Positions 27,959-36,020 of a DNA stretch of 64,000 nt are shown piece by piece; position 1 is the stretch's first letter, and the number at the start of each line of letters is the position of its first letter. The translations under genes were made by a program, and so were the position numbers. Origin of the DNA: a virus (taxonomy: Duplodnaviria; Caudoviricetes); IMG/VR virus record IMGVR_UViG_3300021400_001413, positions 1 to 64,000 of that record, one strand, 5' to 3'. The notes beneath the pieces were generated by a model, which did not search any database, was not told where the DNA came from, and saw only the letters and a list, made by a program, of their open reading frames with translations.

Positions 27959-28022
27959 AATAGACAAGAGAAAACCAAATCCCCTCAGCTCCACTGGGGA
28001 GCCAAGGGGTTGAAGACCACTG

Positions 28023-28400
28023 TTAGAAGCTGGCGGCAGTCTTGGCAAGGTCTTCCTGGTTAGAGAGGCCAACACAAGGAACCCAAGCCTTGGTTTCTGG
28101 GTTGAAGCTCTCAAAGAAGCAGAGGTTGTGCTTCTTCTCAACCAACTCAGAAGGTGACATACCCTGGAGCTTCTTGCCAAGGTAATACCTGCCAACTTCA
28201 GCATCACCAGCATTGAAGAGGAAAAGCACATGCTTCTTCTCATTCTCAACTGTGTTCAGCTTGCAGGCACCTCTGGCATTGGTCTCATCACCAAAGGATA
28301 CACTCTGTGTCAGGTAGCTGATAGAGCCATTGTCACTTGTGATTTTGGTCACGTTGTTTCTGTTCTCGAAGCTGTTAAGAGTCTCGCGTATCATAAGCAT
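28023..28400 (-). CDS. hypothetical protein, first gene of the leftward arm
   Basis: 125-aa ORF, locally GC-richer and coding-like. Confidence 0.65.
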   Translation of the reverse strand: MLMIRETLNSFENRNNVTKITSDNGSISYLTQSVSFGDETNARGACKLNTVENEKKHVLFLFNAGDAEVGRYYLGKKLQGMSPSELVEKKHNLCFFESFNPETKAWVPCVGLSNQEDLAKTAASF

Positions 28401-28469
28401 TTGTGGAGAAGGAATACGACTACCTTTGGGAAGTTAACTAATCAAAGTCTCACCCTGAGACACCTTCCC

Positions 28470-28680
28470 TAAAGGCAGAGGGGGTAGAACCCACTCCTCC
28501 GAAGGCAGGTAGGGGTATGGGGTGGCTATTCTCCCCTTGCATCACTATGAAACAAAAAAATTCTGGGGAAAAATTTTTGGAAAAATTCCTCTCTTGTATA
28601 CCCACAAAACTTTTTGAAAATCAGAAAAATTTCCAAAAAATTTTAGAAAAAAATTAGGAAAAATTCCCCAATAATTTCTC
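28470..28680. other. strand-switch region with G-runs and phased A/T tracts (putative pac/terminus or origin)
   Basis: GGGGG/GGGG runs at 28480-28525, then A4-A7 tracts spaced mostly ~10-12 bp over 28553-28665; coding strand flips here. Confidence 0.45.
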
Positions 28681-28907
28681 TTGTTTTCCCTAAATCTTTT
28701 CTTCAAACAACTGGCAGAAAAAAGAATAATTTTATATTGGCAAATTACCAGCAAATAGAAACTTATTGATTATCAACAGCTTACTTTCTTTTTGGATTTT
28801 CTGCGCAAGTAAAAACAGCACTCGCTTCTCTATAACCCCTGTCTACTTAACCACTTAATAAAGATTAAACTTTCCCCATAAATAGTATATCGTTAAAGAA
28901 TTATTAT

Positions 28908-28915
28908 TATCTTTG
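28908..28915 (+). promoter_or_regulatory. Bacteroidetes -7 promoter element
   Basis: TATCTTTG(CA) 26 nt upstream of the ORF at 28941. Confidence 0.6.
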
Positions 28916-28940
28916 CAGAAACAATCTAAAGATAACTATT

Positions 28941-29093
28941 ATGGAAGAGAAAAAAGATCCTTGGTGGCTTAAGCCATTAGTATTATTATTTGTATTATTT
29001 GTGCTTTTTGGTATGGTTTCAATGTGTAATCATAGTCTTAAAGAAAGTAGTGGAGTAGGTATAGAATCTACCATAAAAAGTCATGGAGATTAA
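28941..29093 (+). CDS. small membrane protein (50 aa, not in ORF track)
   Basis: MEEKKDPWWLKPLVLLFVLFVLFGMVSMCNHSLKESSGVGIESTIKSHGD*; A-rich leader and own promoter. Confidence 0.6.
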   Translation: MEEKKDPWWLKPLVLLFVLFVLFGMVSMCNHSLKESSGVGIESTIKSHGD

Positions 29094-29165
29094 AAAGATA
29101 TTAAAATAAATGTTAATAACTTCATTTTATATCTATAAAGTCACCTTTATATTATAAATAAGGTG

Positions 29166-29173
29166 TATTTTTG
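29166..29173 (+). promoter_or_regulatory. Bacteroidetes -7 promoter element
   Basis: TATTTTTG(CA) directly upstream of the ORF-free structured region. Confidence 0.6.
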
Positions 29174-29177
29174 CACC

Positions 29178-29647
29178 AGCATCCAGTGAGATGTTGTAGC
29201 AAGTACTTATGCCATGCTGGTTAAAATTGCTGCTTTATTGAGAGAAGTGTTTCATAGTTGAAGTCTTGATTCTACCAACTTGATTGGAGGTAAAGGACCA
29301 CAAGAAGGGTACAGGTAAAGAATCCTAGGGTGTAAAAGAGACAGAGAGCCTATAGTTACTGTTCATCTGGAGACCCGCAAGTCAATGAAGGATGTTCTAG
29401 GAGGCAAGACGGGGATGGATGCTAGGTTACACAGCAAGCGAAAATCTTGCAACCCAGGGCTTAAAGAAGGTTTTGCCCAAGGTCTCTTAATGAAGAATTA
29501 ACAATTTTAAATTAGTAAATAAGGAATGAGGAATGGCATGTCTTGTTTTGAAATATTGCCTTTACCGCCTGGGGTTGAAGACCCAGAAAAACATAGGAGG
29601 ACACCTGCCAAATCCGTCTAAATCTCTTGGGTGTCCTCCGTTTTTTA
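29178..29647 (+). ncRNA. candidate large structured non-coding RNA
   Basis: Promoter, ORF-poor GC-richer island with many stems, and terminal hairpin with U-tract. Confidence 0.45.
29596..29647 (+). terminator. intrinsic terminator
   Basis: GGAGGACACC...GGTGTCCTCC followed by GTTTTTT. Confidence 0.7.
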
Positions 29648-29729
29648 TTTTTAGAGATATAATTGTTTTATTTACTAAGAACTGTTATTTGGATTCTTTT
29701 GTTTATATTTGCAGCAAAATATATAGATT

Positions 29730-31232
29730 ATGAAAGTTTGGAATGAATTATCAATGGCAGAGAAAGCTGATGTGATGAAGCTTGCTATAGAAGGAGGTGT
29801 CTATGATTTAGATGCCATCAGGTCTGGGTATAATGAGTATGCCAAAGGTGGAAAGATACATATTGATCCAAGTAAGAAGGGAACCTTTACAGCAGCTGCC
29901 TCTAAACATGGAATGGGAGTACAGCAGTTTGCCTCTAAAGTATTAGCACATCCAGAGAACTATTCTCCTGCTATGAGAAAGAAAGCCAACTTTGCTAGAA
30001 ATGCAGCCAAATGGAAGCATGAAGATGGAGGAAGTTTGTATGCACATGGAGGAGAATTAGGAAATTATTATGATGGTTGGGGAGATGCTTTGAATTTCTT
30101 GAAGAAAGGATGGAATAAAGTTAAAGATGCTGTACAAGCATCTGCTGTTTATGAGAATCCTGCTGTTATGATGGCAGCGGGTCAAAAAGTTAACCAACAG
30201 GGAAAAGTGGAATATAATCATATAAATGATAATGAAGTTAAACAGCTAAGAAATAACCTTGCCACTTTAGGAGAAGGAGCTTTGAGTGCTGTTACAGCTA
30301 CAGGAGATGTAGAAGCTGCATATAATATGTTAAGACATCCTGTTCAGACTGCAAAGGCAATAAAAGCCAGTTTAAAGCCCGTTTATAATAAAATTGCTAA
30401 CAAGAGTAAAGCAAAAGTTCTTGAAGAAGAAAGTTTTATTCCAGACTATATTAAAAGAAAAGTAGGTAGTAACATCACTGAAGAATCCGTAGTAAAGGAT
30501 ATTAATAAAGCTAAGGACTATAAAGAATCAGATGGTTATAGAAAGTTAGTTGAATCTTTCATTGCTGAAGCTGGGGATAATAGCATTCCTGTTGATGCCT
30601 TTTACAGGAGCAGAAAATCTGTTCCAGAGATAATATTGGAAAAAAGACCTGACGGACATCTAGGTGGATACAACTATCACGACAACAGATTGTCTGTTGA
30701 TCCAGCACAAGCCACAGAAGACGTTCCATTTCACGAGGGCTTACATTGGCAAAGAATAGGAAAGCCTGAGGTAGAAAGAGGAGAAGCTTATGAAGCCTGG
30801 GCCAAGGCATTTGATGAGAATGCTCCTGAAGAAATCCAAGATGCATTATTTAATAAGTATTATAATTCAGAACTTGGAAAGCAGGCAATGAGACAGGAAA
30901 AAGCCATTAAAGATTTGTACGATAGAAAAGTTGAAGATGTTTTGTATTCAGATGTTTCTAAAAACAGTGAAATGCGAAAACATGAAGAATTACTTGCACA
31001 TACATGGGGAGTTGGAGAATCTTTAGGATTAGAAGCTTTTCAGGATTATCCAGGAATGGCAAAGGCTTTAGATACAATAGAAAAAGCCAGGAAAAAAGAT
31101 TCATTTTTGTGGGATGTAAAGGCAGGAACACAAGATGAAGTTCAAAATTTCTGGAAATTATTAACTGGTAATTATGCACCGTCTGTAATGATTGGAACAT
31201 CTGCATTAGGATTAGAAGAACTAAAAAAATAA
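29730..31232 (+). CDS. crAss-type modular protein with C-terminal HExxH metallopeptidase-like domain
   Basis: N-terminal WNELSMAEKA...YAKGGKIHIDPSKKGTFT...ANFARNAAKWKHEDGG module; PFHEGLHWQ and KHEELLAH; promoter TATATTTG at 29704-29711. Confidence 0.65.
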   Translation: MKVWNELSMAEKADVMKLAIEGGVYDLDAIRSGYNEYAKGGKIHIDPSKKGTFTAAASKHGMGVQQFASKVLAHPENYSPAMRKKANFARNAAKWKHEDGGSLYAHGGELGNYYDGWGDALNFLKKGWNKVKDAVQASAVYENPAVMMAAGQKVNQQGKVEYNHINDNEVKQLRNNLATLGEGALSAVTATGDVEAAYNMLRHPVQTAKAIKASLKPVYNKIANKSKAKVLEEESFIPDYIKRKVGSNITEESVVKDINKAKDYKESDGYRKLVESFIAEAGDNSIPVDAFYRSRKSVPEIILEKRPDGHLGGYNYHDNRLSVDPAQATEDVPFHEGLHWQRIGKPEVERGEAYEAWAKAFDENAPEEIQDALFNKYYNSELGKQAMRQEKAIKDLYDRKVEDVLYSDVSKNSEMRKHEELLAHTWGVGESLGLEAFQDYPGMAKALDTIEKARKKDSFLWDVKAGTQDEVQNFWKLLTGNYAPSVMIGTSALGLEELKK

Positions 31233-31236
31233 AAAC

Positions 31237-31452
31237 ATGGATAACTGTTTTTCCGGAGACAAGAGGGGTAGAAATGCTTCAGAAAACCATGAAGATAAAA
31301 TAGCTGCCATAGTAGAGGACAGATATAAAAAACTCTGTATTAAATCGGAGAGCAAAAATACCTCTATTGAAACACAGGAAAGAATAGAAAAATATAACGA
31401 ATACCTCAGGGATTGCATAGAAGAGAGGGTAAGGAATAATGCAGAAGAATAA
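31237..31452 (+). CDS. small hypothetical protein
   Basis: 71 aa, 4 nt after the previous stop. Confidence 0.5.
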   Translation: MDNCFSGDKRGRNASENHEDKIAAIVEDRYKKLCIKSESKNTSIETQERIEKYNEYLRDCIEERVRNNAEE

Positions 31453-31554
31453 TCTCTATTCATTACCCCTCTTAAGCTGCCCTTTAAATAAGCACTTTCT
31501 TAAAATCGGCAATATTATTAAAGTTTTACTGCCGATTCTGTAATTATAAACTGC

Positions 31555-32709
31555 TTATTCAAGATTTTGGGCTTTTTCTTTAATAGCATCCACCACAGTC
31601 TCATCAAGAAGCTTGGCATATATTTGCTCTGTTATCTTCAAAGATGAATGTCCACATATCTTAGTGACTATCTTCATATCTATTCCTTCGTTAAGGAGGA
31701 TAGTTGCTCCAGTATGTCTAGCCCAGTGTGTAGTTAATCCAACATCTAACCCTGCTGCTTGTGCTACATTCTTCAAGTAGAGATTATATTTCACATTACT
31801 TATTATAGGTAATACCCCTCTGTATTTAGCAAGAATATCAAGAGCAGGCTGGAGTAGGGGAATAGTAGTACTTTTCTTTGTCTTCTTCTGATTGAACTTA
31901 TAGACTTCTGTACCATTAATGATTACTATATTGTTAGGATTGAATCTTGCAAGATCTGAGTATCTCAGGCAAGTATAAGTCTGGAATACAAATAAATCTC
32001 TGACTCTTTTAAGACTATCTGTAGGCATCTTAGCAATTCTTAATTGATGGAATTCATTTAAAGTCAGACATTTATCCAAACTATTATTGTCCTTTCCTTT
32101 ATCTATATTTACCCACTTATATGGATTTCTTTGCAGTAGCCCGTCATCAATTGCATCTAAGATAAAACTATTAAGAAAGCGGTGGTAGTTCTGCCATTTG
32201 CTGTAGTTCTTCATACCTTGGTGTATAAGGTATTTGTCATAAGCTATGATATTACTGTCATTGATATCATTGAATGTCTTTATCTTTCCCCAGGAAGTGA
32301 ATTTCCTGAGAAACCTTTCATATCTCTGCTGGGTGTCTTTCTCTTTACCGTACTCTCTTACAGCAGCCCTCTGGTTACAAAAATCAATGAATCCGATTTT
32401 ATCAAGCTCTTTCCTGTTGAGTCTATCCTGAATAGTGAATATATCAATATTGTCTTCTTGGATCATATCTATTAGCACCTGTCTTACATTAGATACAAGC
32501 TTATCAAGAACCTGACTTATCTGAAGGATATTATCACAGTTGGTTATCTTGCCATCTTTCCATTGATTAGGATATAACCATATTCCAGTACTGAGGTATT
32601 TCTGTTTTCTGTTGTGAGTTACTCTGATTTCTACTACAGCTTTGGTCTTTGCATCTGCTTTCTTATACCTATTATATATAAGGTGTATTTGTGGAAATTT
32701 GTTATTCAT
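31555..32709 (-). CDS. int: tyrosine integrase, Bacteroidetes type with arm-binding N-terminal domain
   Basis: N-terminal VEIRVTHNRKQKYLSTGIWLYPNQW; catalytic set TCLRYSD (R), QKKTKK (K), HWARHT (H,R), GHSS (H), EQIYA (Y). Confidence 0.92.
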   Translation of the reverse strand: MNNKFPQIHLIYNRYKKADAKTKAVVEIRVTHNRKQKYLSTGIWLYPNQWKDGKITNCDNILQISQVLDKLVSNVRQVLIDMIQEDNIDIFTIQDRLNRKELDKIGFIDFCNQRAAVREYGKEKDTQQRYERFLRKFTSWGKIKTFNDINDSNIIAYDKYLIHQGMKNYSKWQNYHRFLNSFILDAIDDGLLQRNPYKWVNIDKGKDNNSLDKCLTLNEFHQLRIAKMPTDSLKRVRDLFVFQTYTCLRYSDLARFNPNNIVIINGTEVYKFNQKKTKKSTTIPLLQPALDILAKYRGVLPIISNVKYNLYLKNVAQAAGLDVGLTTHWARHTGATILLNEGIDMKIVTKICGHSSLKITEQIYAKLLDETVVDAIKEKAQNLE

Positions 32710-32810
32710 TGTTAAATTTTTAATTTGTACGTGAAATGGAGATAAAATGTATTATAGCAGGGGAGAGGAGTGTGAACTCTATAATACATTTATAATACAT
32801 TAATAGGAGA

Positions 32811-32842
32811 AAAATAAAAAGGGAGACCTGAGGACTCCCTTT
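32811..32842 (-). terminator. intrinsic terminator between att core and int
   Basis: AAAGGGAG...CTCCC hairpin followed by TTTTTATTTT on the minus strand. Confidence 0.7.
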
Positions 32843-32900
32843 ATTTACTTGAAAAGCAGAGGGTAAGGGGTTGGGACCCTATAGCCCTATTCTTTTTCCT

Positions 32901-32924
32901 TGCGGAAGGTGAGGGATTCAAACC
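32901..32924 (-). repeat. tRNA-Ser-like 3' fragment (T arm plus acceptor strand)
   Basis: GGTTTGAATCCC-TCACCTTCC-G-CA; no D or anticodon arm upstream. Confidence 0.7.
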
Positions 32925-33205
32925 TTGTAACCTATTTATACTATATATGTACCAGAGAATCACATATTTATCATTATAATACTATGGAGCATTAATCATA
33001 AGCTATAATACTTTTATAATACATTTGTTCATTTCGGGATTATTTCTGCCGCAAAATTAAGGTTTTAAATTTGAATTTTGAGTTAAACCTGTGAAAAAGA
33101 ATGTTAACGGATTCATTATAATGAGTAAATAATTGATTAGCAAACTAGTTAATAGTATATTTGCAAACAGTTACTCATAGTGTTATACTTAAAACCAAAA
33201 TTATA

Positions 33206-33442
33206 ATGGGCAGAGATTCTTATGACGATGAGCCAGTTTATTACTGCAAAAGATGTCTATCACTAAAGGTACGTCAAATGCCAATGGTTGAAGACCAATG
33301 TTACTGTGAAGATTGTGGCACAGTAGATATAGGAGTTGCAAGTTTTGAAGAATGGGATGATCTGTATGTAGAGAGGTATGGACATCATTTCTGTGAAAAA
33401 GAAGAGAAGAAAGAAGAAAGAAAGTGGCCTTACTGGTGCTGA
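33206..33442 (+). CDS. small zinc-finger protein
   Basis: YYCKRCLS...CYCEDCG; start moved to MGRDSY; promoter TATATTTG at 33156-33163. Confidence 0.7.
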   Translation: MGRDSYDDEPVYYCKRCLSLKVRQMPMVEDQCYCEDCGTVDIGVASFEEWDDLYVERYGHHFCEKEEKKEERKWPYWC

Positions 33443-33477
33443 AAGATTTATTGTGAAACTATAATATTTATGGAATT

Positions 33478-33804
33478 ATGGCAAAAGAGAAGAAAACAAT
33501 TGAGATTAAAGCTACACAGGATGGTAATGTGGAGAATCCTGGTCAGAAAGAAAAGCTGAGTTATGAGCAGCTTGAGCAGATTGCTGGTAATCTTAATCAG
33601 CAGTGTAGGCAGATGCAGCAGATTATTAATAATCAGCAGCAGGCTATTGCTGAATTCAATGAGATTGGTATGCTTCTAGATGTACTTGGTAAGAGTGAAC
33701 ACTTTAGTGAGAAATTTGTTACTCGTTGCTCAAACAAGATTGAGGAACTGATTACCAAGGCTATGGATGCTTCAGAGAAGCAAGAAGTAGAGTCAAACAA
33801 TTAA
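33478..33804 (+). CDS. coiled-coil hypothetical protein
   Basis: KLSYEQLEQIA...; 108 aa. Confidence 0.7.
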   Translation: MAKEKKTIEIKATQDGNVENPGQKEKLSYEQLEQIAGNLNQQCRQMQQIINNQQQAIAEFNEIGMLLDVLGKSEHFSEKFVTRCSNKIEELITKAMDASEKQEVESNN

Positions 33805-33814
33805 ATCCTGCATT

Positions 33815-34246
33815 ATGGAGAGTATAACCAATCTCATTCAAATCAAATCAAATCCCAAACTGAAGATGTCTCCAGACGGAGATTTCTTCAGATATTGGGT
33901 GGAATTCCTGAGACCTCTTCATGAACTTACAAAAAGGGAAATGGATGTACTGGCAGAGTTTTTAAAGGCTAGATATAACCTTAGCAAGGAAATCATTAAT
34001 GGGGATAGGCTTGACAGGGTATTAATGTCTGAAGAAACAAAGCGTGAAATCAGAAAAACCTGTGGCATTAGTACAAAGCACTTCCAAGTAATCATGACTA
34101 AGTTCAGAAAGAATGGAGTAATCAAAGATGGCAGGATATGTTTGAATCTGATTCCAACTATCACGGATGAAGGTGTAGGACTTATGGTACATTTTAGCTT
34201 TAAGGATGAACAACTCGTTAAACTTGGCTCTCAAAAAAACAGCTAG
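33815..34246 (+). CDS. putative winged-HTH DNA-binding protein
   Basis: LTKREMDVL...KREIRKTCGISTKHFQVIMTKFRKNGVI. Confidence 0.55.
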   Translation: MESITNLIQIKSNPKLKMSPDGDFFRYWVEFLRPLHELTKREMDVLAEFLKARYNLSKEIINGDRLDRVLMSEETKREIRKTCGISTKHFQVIMTKFRKNGVIKDGRICLNLIPTITDEGVGLMVHFSFKDEQLVKLGSQKNS

Positions 34247-34511
34247 AAAGCTTTGTGTTGATATCAAGCTAGTTGAAAATGTCTATAAGAGTTACTGGTG
34301 TTTCATAAAAGAACATATAGCCAGTCTGCCTCTTAGAGAAATGACTGAAGAAGAGTTTAATGATACTGTAAGTAACTTTAATCTTCCTTATATTGGGAAG
34401 CTCTACGTAGATTATGACAAAATAGAAAGATACAAAAGACAATTAAAATTTTACCAAGATGTTAAAAGTAAAGGAAATAAAACCAATAGGTTGTCAAATA
34501 TTAGTGACTGA
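34206..34511 (+). CDS. IHF/HU-like small DNA-binding protein (crAss type)
   Basis: KTARKLCVDIKLVENVYKSYW...FNLPYIGKL pattern resembles the HU/IHF fold. Confidence 0.5.
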   Translation: MNNSLNLALKKTARKLCVDIKLVENVYKSYWCFIKEHIASLPLREMTEEEFNDTVSNFNLPYIGKLYVDYDKIERYKRQLKFYQDVKSKGNKTNRLSNISD

Positions 34512-34917
34512 AAATCTCTATGGGTGGGATGACTTTGATGAAGCAGGTCTGATTATTCATAAGCGTGGTGACCTTAAGACCTATCAGGAAGTTATTGTTG
34601 TGGGAGATGACGTAAAGATGGTTAAACCAGGGGATGTTGTTGAAATTAATTTATACAAGTATTGCTCTTTTGAGGATGACCCAACCTCTATTAAAGTCAA
34701 TGGCACAAATAAGATTGTGAACATTCATCTTAATGAGGTGGAGATGGTAGGTACTGATGATGAGCCAGTTACTTGTTTCCTTATTGACCAGAGAGATGTT
34801 AAGTACATTCTTAAAGATTTTGAAGAAGTTACTTATGAACAGAATAAGCATAAGCTGATTCAGGTCAAGCAGCCTAAGACAAAACTGATTCTTCCAGATA
34901 ATAAGATTAAGGTATAA
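34459..34917 (+). CDS. GroES-like co-chaperonin homolog
   Basis: IKPIGCQILV...GLII...VIVVGDDVKMVKPGDVV...IDQRDV. Confidence 0.55.
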   Translation: MLKVKEIKPIGCQILVTENLYGWDDFDEAGLIIHKRGDLKTYQEVIVVGDDVKMVKPGDVVEINLYKYCSFEDDPTSIKVNGTNKIVNIHLNEVEMVGTDDEPVTCFLIDQRDVKYILKDFEEVTYEQNKHKLIQVKQPKTKLILPDNKIKV

Positions 34918-35447
34918 TGAAGCTGTTTAAATATGAAGGTTATGAAGTAAAGGTAGCTCCAGAGGCACTGACTCTGAAGCCTTTTAAGAAACTTTGGAGC
35001 AGAGATAAATCCAAAGATAAGGAAAAGGCCATGATGGAGTTTGGATTTTTATACTTCTACTGTGATCCGAGGTCTGACTATCAGTATATCATTGATGAGG
35101 AAGACAGGCTGAATGCAGTAAAGAATGGTCAGGGATTTCCTGAAGATTGGAAACCAGATGCCACTTTGAAGGCAGCAATGGAGTTCTATTCTACTTTTGA
35201 TACCTCTTCTGCTATGCTACTAAGGGCAGCTATGAAGGCGGTGAAAAAAGTACAAGATACTTTAGACGAATTAAATCCTGACGACACCAAGAGTCTAAAA
35301 GAGTACCTTACAGCATTAAAGATGATACCAGAAGTAGCATCAATGATACAGGATGCAGAAAAAGCACTTAATGAAGAGATGGAATATGGTGAAGCAAAAG
35401 GTTCGATTGAAAAGACCCTGTTTGATGACGGGCTAGATAACATCTGA
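34917..35447 (+). CDS. conserved crAss-type protein (possible terminase small subunit)
   Basis: KLWSRDKSKDKEKA...YFYCDPRSDY; position upstream of terL. Confidence 0.5.
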   Translation: MKLFKYEGYEVKVAPEALTLKPFKKLWSRDKSKDKEKAMMEFGFLYFYCDPRSDYQYIIDEEDRLNAVKNGQGFPEDWKPDATLKAAMEFYSTFDTSSAMLLRAAMKAVKKVQDTLDELNPDDTKSLKEYLTALKMIPEVASMIQDAEKALNEEMEYGEAKGSIEKTLFDDGLDNI

Positions 35448-35561
35448 AAATATATTAAAAGATTTAAGAAAAGTGTGTTTGTGTGCTATAAAATGAGTAA
35501 CTTTGCAGAGGGATTGGGGAAACTCAGTTCCTCTTTTCTACTCATTAAAACATTAAGCATT

Positions 35562-35867
35562 ATGGACACTCAACAAGTTATTAATCTCATCAAGGACAGT
35601 TTTGAAAGCTGGTACAACAAAGTATTTACTAAAGCATCTATTGTTATTAACTACAACGATGTACAAACTCTTTCTATTAAAGCATACCATACTATTTCTA
35701 TGGAAGTAGAAGCCATTAGTATTATAGAGGGAAAGGCACATAGAAAAAGCCTAATTTCTTTAACAGAAAATTATAATCATGGGGTTACTAGTGAAGACGA
35801 GGCTAAATTAGGATTGACAAAGAAAATGCTAAAAGAGATGTTTAGTTATCAAGCACGTATTCTATAA
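35562..35867 (+). CDS. hypothetical protein
   Basis: Start moved to MDTQQ; promoter TAACTTTG at 35498-35505; terminator follows. Confidence 0.6.
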   Translation: MDTQQVINLIKDSFESWYNKVFTKASIVINYNDVQTLSIKAYHTISMEVEAISIIEGKAHRKSLISLTENYNHGVTSEDEAKLGLTKKMLKEMFSYQARIL

Positions 35868-35900
35868 TAGAATACAAGTATTTATCAGTGAATTAAATTT

Positions 35901-35931
35901 AAGAGCAGGTTTTGTTAACTTGCTCTTTTTT
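35901..35931 (+). terminator. intrinsic terminator
   Basis: AGAGCAGGTT...AACTTGCTCT followed by TTTTT. Confidence 0.7.
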
Positions 35932-36020
35932 CGTATAGGTATAAGTGAAAAATTAACTCACTTGTAGAGACTTTTATTTCTATCTATTTTTGCATTGAAA
36001 ATGGTTAAATAGATAGTAAA

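Larger units (their letters stand above)
32746..33025. mobile_element. attP-like attachment site (tRNA-Ser-like core plus arm-type repeats)
   Basis: Core 32901-32924 reads GGTTTGAATCCCTCACCTTCCGCA on the minus strand; TATAATACATT at 32746-32756 (inverted), 32780-32790, 32791-32801, 33004-33014 (1 mismatch) and 33015-33025. Confidence 0.75.

Noticed and set aside
27890-28472. ORFs 27890..28249 (-) and 28230..28472 (+)
   Set aside because: Alternative-frame or antisense shadows of the 28023..28400 gene; the HST repeats derive from the 9-bp DNA repeat
28545-28754. 69-aa Phe-rich ORF
   Set aside because: Translation artefact of the A/T-tract region
29533-29733. 66-aa ORF upstream of the HExxH gene
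   Set aside because: Runs through a strong terminator and a promoter element; likely spurious
32901-32924. Complete tRNA-Ser gene
   Set aside because: Only the T arm and acceptor 3' strand are present, with TTTG instead of TTCG and no D or anticodon arm; treated as att core
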